A stretch of DNA of 64,000 nucleotides from Pseudomonadales bacterium. GTDB lineage: Bacteria > Pseudomonadota > Gammaproteobacteria > Pseudomonadales > UBA7239. Of this stretch, positions 58,553-64,000 are shown piece by piece. A model generated the notes under the pieces. The model was given only the letters and a program-made list of their open reading frames with translations, did no database searches and was not told the DNA's origin. The stretch covers positions 222,224 to 286,223 of the forward strand of contig JAXMGN010000002.1 in the NCBI GenBank assembly GCA_046347205.1, written 5' to 3'. Positions within the stretch are counted from its first letter, which is position 1. Each line of letters starts with the position of its first letter. Made by a program: the position numbers and the translations under genes.

Positions 58553-59032
58553 ATGGTTTTTCCTAAACTAGGCAATTTAGCACCGGCTTTCAGTTTGCTG
58601 AATCAAGACGGAAACAACGTGTCTCTGAAAGATTACCGAGGCCGGCGCGTGGTGCTGTATTTCTATCCGCGCGCCATGACCCCAGGCTGCACGGTGCAAG
58701 CCTGCGGCGTGCGCGACAGTGCCAAACTGCTCGCCAAGGCGAATGCTGTGGTGCTGGGAGTGAGCCCCGATCAGCCGAAGTCACTATTGAAGTTTCGTGA
58801 ACGCGACCAGCTGAACTTCGATTTATTGTCGGATCCCGATCATGCCGTGGCGGAAAAATACGGTGTGTGGGGGCTAAAAAAATTCATGGGGCGAGAGTCC
58901 ATGGGTATACTGCGCACCACTTTTATCATCGGCTGTGACGGCAAGTTGCGCCATGTGATGAGTAAAGTCGCCACCAAAACACATCACGAGGATGTGTTGG
59001 CACTGCTGCAAGGCGAACTGAAGGATATTTGA
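58553..59032 (+). CDS. bcp: Thioredoxin-dependent thiol peroxidase (peroxiredoxin Bcp)
   Basis: 159 aa with LYFYPRAMTPGCTVQAC (peroxidatic Cys) and GVSPD. Confidence 0.94.
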   Translation: MVFPKLGNLAPAFSLLNQDGNNVSLKDYRGRRVVLYFYPRAMTPGCTVQACGVRDSAKLLAKANAVVLGVSPDQPKSLLKFRERDQLNFDLLSDPDHAVAEKYGVWGLKKFMGRESMGILRTTFIIGCDGKLRHVMSKVATKTHHEDVLALLQGELKDI

Positions 59033-59061
59033 TTTTTTATTGATTTGATATTGAGGTAGGT

Positions 59062-59403
59062 ATGAGTTTTTTTATTTCTGACGCGATGGCGCAAACGACT
59101 TCAGCCGCTCCGGCTGCTGCACCACAGAGTCCCTACAGCATGCTCTTGATCATGGGTGGCATGTTTATTTTTATGTACTTCGTGGTGATTCGCCCACAGC
59201 GCAAACGCCAAAAAGAACAAGAAGCCTTGATGGGTAGCCTGAATAAAGGCGATGAAGTGGTGCTGACTTCGGGCTTGCTGGGCAAAATTGTGCGCATAGA
59301 CGGCGACTATCTGGTGTTGAATACCGGCGATAACATTGAGTTAAAGTTTCAACGTCAAGCGGTACATGCGGTATTGCCGAAGGGAACGATCAAGGCGATT
59401 TAA
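59062..59403 (+). CDS. yajC: Preprotein translocase subunit YajC
   Basis: 113 aa with a single TM segment (LLIMGGMFIFMYFVVIRPQRKRQKE) and GDEVVLTSGLLGKIVRI. Confidence 0.93.
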   Translation: MSFFISDAMAQTTSAAPAAAPQSPYSMLLIMGGMFIFMYFVVIRPQRKRQKEQEALMGSLNKGDEVVLTSGLLGKIVRIDGDYLVLNTGDNIELKFQRQAVHAVLPKGTIKAI

Positions 59404-59422
59404 TTCTTAGCGGAGGAGTGCA

Positions 59423-60361
59423 ATGAAGCCGATACAGACTTGTGCTCCGCCGCAACAACTTTGGATAGATCGCGATGATGCGCTATCCACTATAGAAAAA
59501 CTGGAGTTATCGCAAAGTTGCACATCAGCAGAAGCAAATTGGCTGCGTGAATTTCGTCGTGACGGCTACATTGTTTGGCGCAAAGTCATTTCAGAAGAAG
59601 CCGTTGCTGCGTTGAGAGGGGAGCTGCAGCAACTCTATCAACAGCCTGATCGCTACATCATGCGTTTGCAAAAACAAATATTGGCGTTCCCCACAGAATC
59701 TATTTTGCCTTGGCGCAGTCGGTTACTGGATTTTTATGTGCCCAGCTTGTTGGCTAGGCAAATGGTGTTGGTGCCACAGATCACGCGTTTTTTGCAGTTG
59801 ATTTATCAAGAGCCTGCGATGGTGTTTCAGTCTCTGCTGTTTACTTGGGGCTCGGAACAATCCATGCACAAGGACACGGCTTTCGTGGTGATCGATCCGC
59901 CGTGTACGCTGACGGCGAGTTGGATTGCGCTGGAAAAAATTGAAAAAGGGCAGGGAGAATTGATGTACTTCCCCGGCAGCCATCGTGACCCGATGTTTCT
60001 TTTCGGTGAAGAGCGTTTGTTTTGGCAAGCGGCAAAAGATGGCAAGGGTATTCATCAACGGTATACGGAATTTTTAGGCCAGCAAGCCAAAGCGAAAGGT
60101 GTGGCCATTCAGCACCTCACAGCAGAGCCAGGTGATATTTTGCTGTGGCACCCCAATTTAACGCACGGTGGGTGTCGCGTGACTGAGCCAGAAAAAACGC
60201 GCTTGAGTTTAGTGAGCCACTATTGCCCCGCTAGCGCCAAGCCGCGCTATTTTTCTGCGTTTGGTCGAGATGCTCGCCAAGTGTTTGGCGATGGATATTT
60301 TAGTAGTCGCTATTACGATTTGGCTGCAGAAGGTTTTCCTCTCGCGGTTAAGCCGCAATAA
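59423..60361 (+). CDS. Phytanoyl-CoA dioxygenase (PhyH) family Fe(II)/2OG oxygenase
   Basis: 312 aa with an HxD motif in SMHKDTAF, a distal His in NLTHGG and the cupin-like segment WIALEKIEKGQGELMYFPGSH. Confidence 0.75.
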   Translation: MKPIQTCAPPQQLWIDRDDALSTIEKLELSQSCTSAEANWLREFRRDGYIVWRKVISEEAVAALRGELQQLYQQPDRYIMRLQKQILAFPTESILPWRSRLLDFYVPSLLARQMVLVPQITRFLQLIYQEPAMVFQSLLFTWGSEQSMHKDTAFVVIDPPCTLTASWIALEKIEKGQGELMYFPGSHRDPMFLFGEERLFWQAAKDGKGIHQRYTEFLGQQAKAKGVAIQHLTAEPGDILLWHPNLTHGGCRVTEPEKTRLSLVSHYCPASAKPRYFSAFGRDARQVFGDGYFSSRYYDLAAEGFPLAVKPQ

Positions 60362-60389
60362 AAAAGCCCGCAGAGATTGCAGGCTTTTT
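60361..60389. terminator. Bidirectional terminator between convergent PhyH and acyl-CoA ligase genes
   Basis: aaaaa-agcccgca-gagat-tgcaggct-ttttt. The stem is 8 bp with one mismatch, flanked by an A-run and a T-run. Confidence 0.6.
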
Positions 60390-60411
60390 GTGTTACGCGG
60401 CGCAAGAAAAA

Positions 60412-62046
60412 TTATTTTTTCTCTTGATCGGCCAGTTCATCCGCCATTTCACGCAGTTTGTTTTTGGCAACTTTCTCCAGCGTAGCTCGCGGCATTTCTT
60501 GCAAGAAATACACAGCGCGTGGGCGTTTGAAATCGGCCAAGCCGGTTGCGCAACCTTCCATAATTTTCTGGCGAATTTCATCTTCGCTCAGTTGCGTCCA
60601 CGGACTTTTGATGGCAAACACGACAGGCACTTCGTCGAGCATGTCGTGCTTTTGCGCAACAACAGCGTGTTCGTCCAATACGCCCATGCCGAGTAAGTTG
60701 CCGATGAATTCTTCCACCTGACGCGCGGACACGTTTTCTGCGCCCACTTTTAATACATCTTTGTCACGGTCGGCAAAATACATGTAGCCGTCAGCTTCTA
60801 CGCGCGCCATATCGCCGGTTTGAAACCAGCCATCGTCCGTGAAAGATTTTTTCATTGCTTCGGGATTTTTGTAGTACTCCAGAAACAATTGCACACCGCG
60901 CGCGCCGCGCACCCACAAATCACCGTTCTCACCCACGGCACAGTATTGGCCGGTTTCAGGATTGATGATGGCGTATTCGTAGCCAGGGGTTGGTACGCCG
61001 ATATTCATTTCGGGTGAATCTTGCAGAATGTCGGAGCGCGTGGCGTGCGTGACGGTTTCGGTCATACCCCACGTGGCAAAGGTGGTGACTTTGAAATGCT
61101 GCTCAATGATGTGCAGCTTCACGCCGGTGGACCATGTTTTGTAGAAATGTTCAGGCACAGGCTGTGCAAACATGGCTTTGATGGTGAAAGGAATCATCGA
61201 CGCGCGCGTCACTTTGTATTTCAGCGACAACTCCCAAAATTTGCTGGAAGAAAACTTGGGCTGCAACACTACTGTGCCGCCGCACCACAGCATGCTCCAG
61301 AAGCTCCAGCTCTGTGCATTGACGTGGAAGCAGGGTAAAAAGCAGAGGTAGACATCGTCTGAATTCATCAACAAGTTTTGCGAGCCGGTACGACCGCCCC
61401 ACAGTGCGTTGGCATGTGTGTGCACCACGGCTTTCGGGCGCGAAGTGGTGCCGGAGGTGTACTGGATACCCACGGGCAGCATTGGTTCTGCGGTGCGAAC
61501 TGGCGCCTCTTTACCCTTGCCGTACAGCGCATTCCAGCGCTCGTATTTCGCGGCAAAGGCAGCTTCTTCTGCGGTGGCTTCTTCGCCGGAGTTGTCGTCC
61601 AGTACGATAAACCAAGACAGGTTTTTGGTATTTTCAGCCAGCGCTTGAATGAATTTGGGTTGAGTGATACAGCCCACCGCCTCGGAGTGTTCGGCGAAGT
61701 AGGTGAGTTCGTCGCCGATGCAGCGGGTATTGGTGGTCACACCCACCGAGCCGACGATGGCTGAGGCGTACCACGCAATCATCATTTCTGGACTGTTTTC
61801 AGCGTGGATCAGCAACTTGTCGCCTTTCTTCACGCCTTTAGCGATCAAGCCGCAAGCGACTTCATTGATCTCGTCCCAAAACTGCTTGTAAGTCCAAGTG
61901 CGGCTGGCGCCTTCTTTGGGTTCCCAAGCGAGAAATAGTTTGTCGGGAGTTTGATTCGCCCAGAGCTTTACCAGCCAAGGAACGTCTTGACCGGCAAAGG
62001 TGTATAGCTCAGCAGAGCGCTGAGTATCGAAGGGTGGTTTAGCCAT
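60412..62046 (-). CDS. AMP-dependent acyl-CoA synthetase/ligase (CaiC-like class I adenylate-forming enzyme)
   Basis: 544 aa with the AMP-binding motifs YTSGTTSRPKAV, WGMTET, GWFQTGD and a C-terminal lysine region PRATLEKVAKNKL. Confidence 0.85.
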   Translation of the reverse strand: MAKPPFDTQRSAELYTFAGQDVPWLVKLWANQTPDKLFLAWEPKEGASRTWTYKQFWDEINEVACGLIAKGVKKGDKLLIHAENSPEMMIAWYASAIVGSVGVTTNTRCIGDELTYFAEHSEAVGCITQPKFIQALAENTKNLSWFIVLDDNSGEEATAEEAAFAAKYERWNALYGKGKEAPVRTAEPMLPVGIQYTSGTTSRPKAVVHTHANALWGGRTGSQNLLMNSDDVYLCFLPCFHVNAQSWSFWSMLWCGGTVVLQPKFSSSKFWELSLKYKVTRASMIPFTIKAMFAQPVPEHFYKTWSTGVKLHIIEQHFKVTTFATWGMTETVTHATRSDILQDSPEMNIGVPTPGYEYAIINPETGQYCAVGENGDLWVRGARGVQLFLEYYKNPEAMKKSFTDDGWFQTGDMARVEADGYMYFADRDKDVLKVGAENVSARQVEEFIGNLLGMGVLDEHAVVAQKHDMLDEVPVVFAIKSPWTQLSEDEIRQKIMEGCATGLADFKRPRAVYFLQEMPRATLEKVAKNKLREMADELADQEKK

Positions 62047-62094
62047 GATTTCTCCATTTATCAGTAAGTTAAAGAAACTTTTTAAAGTGAAATC

Positions 62095-63183
62095 TTATTT
62101 AGGCTGACGGCGACCCGCGAGCACTGGTTGCAGCTTTTCATGGGTAGACTGCAGACACTTCTCTGTGGTCGGCCAGTCGATGCAGGCATCGGTGATGGAA
62201 ACGCCGTAGGTGAGCTTGCTCAAATCGTCGGGGATTTTTTGGTTGCCCGCACCGATGTGGCTTTCAATCATCACACCGATAATGGATTGATTGCCTTCTA
62301 AAATCTGATTGACCACGTTATCCATGACCAGCACCTGCAGGTCATGGTTTTTGTTGGAGTTAGCGTGGCTACAATCCACCATGATGTTGGGTTGGATCTT
62401 GGCTTTGGCCAAATCTTGCTCGCACAGTGCGATGCTGACGGAATCGTAGTTGGGTTTGCCATCGCCGCCGCGCAGCACCACATGGGTGTAGCGGTTGCCA
62501 GTGGTGGTGATGATCGCCACTTGCCCCTCATTATTGATGCCGAGAAAACGGTGCGGAGACACGGCTGATTTGATGGCATTGATCGCTACCGACATGCCGC
62601 CGTCTGTGCCATTTTTGAAGCCCACTGCGCAAGACAGCCCAGAGGCCAACTCGCGGTGTGTTTGTGATTCGGTGGTGCGTGCGCCAATGGCGGACCATGA
62701 AATCAAATCTTGCAAATACTGCGGAGAAATCGGGTCGAGCGCTTCGGTGGCCGTGGGTAAGCCCAATTCAGCAATATCCAGCAACAGTTTTCTGCCGATA
62801 TACAGGCCTTCTTCGATTTTGAAGGAGTCATTGATGTGGGGGTCGTTGATCAAGCCTTTCCAGCCTGTGGTGGTGCGCGGTTTTTCAAAGTACACACGCA
62901 TCACAATCAGCAAGCTGTCTTTCACTTTCTCATTCAAAGCCTTGAGGCGATGAGCGTAATCCATGGCGGCCTTGGTGTCGTGAATGGAGCAGGGGCCGAT
63001 TACCACCAAAAGGCGTGGATCCGTACCATCCAGAATATTGCGTACAGCCTCGCGGCCGGCTTTAACAGTGGTCATCGCCGTCGGTGTTAAGGGGAGTTGC
63101 GCTTTGAGCTCGGCGGGCGTAATTAGAATGTTTTGTGATTCAACATTGAGATTCTCAACGCCGTTGTGCGTGGTTTGCTGCAT
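62095..63183 (-). CDS. 3-deoxy-7-phosphoheptulonate (DAHP) synthase, class I (AroG/F/H type)
   Basis: LLVVIGPCSIHD, KPRTTTGWKGLINDP and GARTTESQ are present. The protein aligns with E. coli AroG from MQQTT.... The isozyme and feedback specificity cannot be read from sequence. Confidence 0.92.
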   Translation of the reverse strand: MQQTTHNGVENLNVESQNILITPAELKAQLPLTPTAMTTVKAGREAVRNILDGTDPRLLVVIGPCSIHDTKAAMDYAHRLKALNEKVKDSLLIVMRVYFEKPRTTTGWKGLINDPHINDSFKIEEGLYIGRKLLLDIAELGLPTATEALDPISPQYLQDLISWSAIGARTTESQTHRELASGLSCAVGFKNGTDGGMSVAINAIKSAVSPHRFLGINNEGQVAIITTTGNRYTHVVLRGGDGKPNYDSVSIALCEQDLAKAKIQPNIMVDCSHANSNKNHDLQVLVMDNVVNQILEGNQSIIGVMIESHIGAGNQKIPDDLSKLTYGVSITDACIDWPTTEKCLQSTHEKLQPVLAGRRQPK

Positions 63184-63436
63184 GGTTTTTCCAGTTGCGT
63201 TAGTTCGTGCTAAAGAGCTCTCCATTCTACTGCACTACGGTTGCTGTAGCGTGAGTTCCTGTCCCGAAAATCGCAGCGGGATCTAGGCAGCGTTCCTACT
63301 ACATTTGTCTCAACAAGAAGATGCCATAAAAGACAAGCAGTGACTTTTACACTGGGGAGCTTTGCGGTAACCTACCGCATCCTCAATTTTTGAGGTAAGA
63401 CCTAACCCGTCAACTTTCTGGAGTACACGGAAGCTT

Positions 63437-64000
63437 ATGAATACAAAAATAACGGTAGCAGTATCCACAGGAATTTTGCTGATGGCTTCTGCGGTACAGG
63501 TAGAGGCAAAGGTTTCACAAGCAGAGGCTAACAGGCTCGGCACGGAACTGACGCCCATGGGGGCCAACCCAAAAGGCAATGCTGCAGGCACTATCCCTGC
63601 GTACACAGGCACTGTGTTGGGCGCGCCTAAAAATGTTGATTACAAAGGGACCGGCACTTATTACCCGAACCCTTATCCAAATGAAAAGCCATTGTTTGTG
63701 ATTGATGGCAAGAACTACGACAAATACAAAGCTAACTTGTCTGATGGTCAAATTGCTTTGTTTAAGAAATACCCTGACACCTTCAAAATGAAAATCTATC
63801 CAACCAAGCGTGAAGTGCGTTACAACGATTGGATTTGGAAAAACGTCAAGCAAAATGCTGTCGAAGCAGAAATCGTACCGAGCGGTAACGGTGTACACGG
63901 CGGCGTGGGTGGTCCTCCATTCCCCATCCCCCAAAATGGTGTAGAAGTGGTGTGGAACCATGAATATTCACCCAACATCTATTTCAACGAAGGTGAGGTA
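63437..64000 (+). CDS. DUF1329-family periplasmic/outer-membrane-associated protein, N-terminal 188 codons (runs off right edge)
   Basis: The frame is open from ATG 63437 to the window end, so it is absent from the ORF track. It has a signal peptide (MNTKITVAVSTGILLMASAVQVEA) and the motif LTPMGANPKGNAAGTIPAYTG, as in DUF1329 proteins. Confidence 0.75.
   Translation, partial: MNTKITVAVSTGILLMASAVQVEAKVSQAEANRLGTELTPMGANPKGNAAGTIPAYTGTVLGAPKNVDYKGTGTYYPNPYPNEKPLFVIDGKNYDKYKANLSDGQIALFKKYPDTFKMKIYPTKREVRYNDWIWKNVKQNAVEAEIVPSGNGVHGGVGGPPFPIPQNGVEVVWNHEYSPNIYFNEGEV

Noticed and set aside
63330-63351. Possible TyrR box upstream of the DAHP synthase gene
   Set aside because: The minus strand has TGTAAA followed by agtcactgcttg, so only one half-site of the TGTAAA-N6-TTTACA consensus is present. 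That is insufficient evidence.
63310-63961. Minus-strand ORFs 63310-63612 and 63515-63961
   Set aside because: They overlap the intergenic region and the antisense of the DUF1329 gene. That gene has a clear signal peptide and family motif, and these ORFs have no motifs of their own.

Overview
This is a densely coding 64-kb stretch of gammaproteobacterial chromosome. The gene order recalls Pseudomonadales/Cellvibrionales, but that is judged from memory and was not searched. I call about 55 protein genes, 3 tRNAs, several clear rho-independent terminators and two sigma70-type promoters.

The backbone is housekeeping:
- ETF-ubiquinone oxidoreductase, clpS-clpA, infA, tRNA-Leu(UAG) and tig-clpP-clpX-lon-hupB-ppiD
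- comEC, the ABC-F gene yheS, alr, cysB, and an arsC-wrbA-DUF2069-sppA chain
- cysZ, pyrD, rlmL and dusA
- a seven-gene translationally coupled operon, yadG-yadH-queF-yejB-yejE-yejA-yejF
- a tRNA-Glu/tRNA-Gly operon, murI, bcp, yajC and a DAHP synthase

I found no CRISPR array, transposase, integrase, prophage gene or recognisable defence system. Intergenic space is small and largely accounted for by promoters and terminators.

The less ordinary parts are listed below. None is demonstrably novel from sequence alone; each needs database or experimental checks.
1. A divergent phosphoketolase-family gene sits one nucleotide from a beta-CASP MBL hydrolase gene, inside an accessory-looking block 3' of tRNA-Gly.
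2. A two-gene biotin-dependent carboxylase has a 948-aa biotin carboxylase-BCCP subunit that is much longer than usual.
3. A DUF559 endonuclease-fold gene has an N-terminal region built from GC-rich palindromic 30-bp repeats read in different frames and orientations. It is wedged between a terminator and the start of the next gene.
4. A membrane (CHASE2-like) Ser/Thr kinase lies in tandem with a Kdo/WaaP-family kinase upstream of comEC.
5. A lone livF-type ATPase sits behind a 2OG-Fe(II) oxygenase.
6. yajC is followed by a PhyH dioxygenase instead of secDF.
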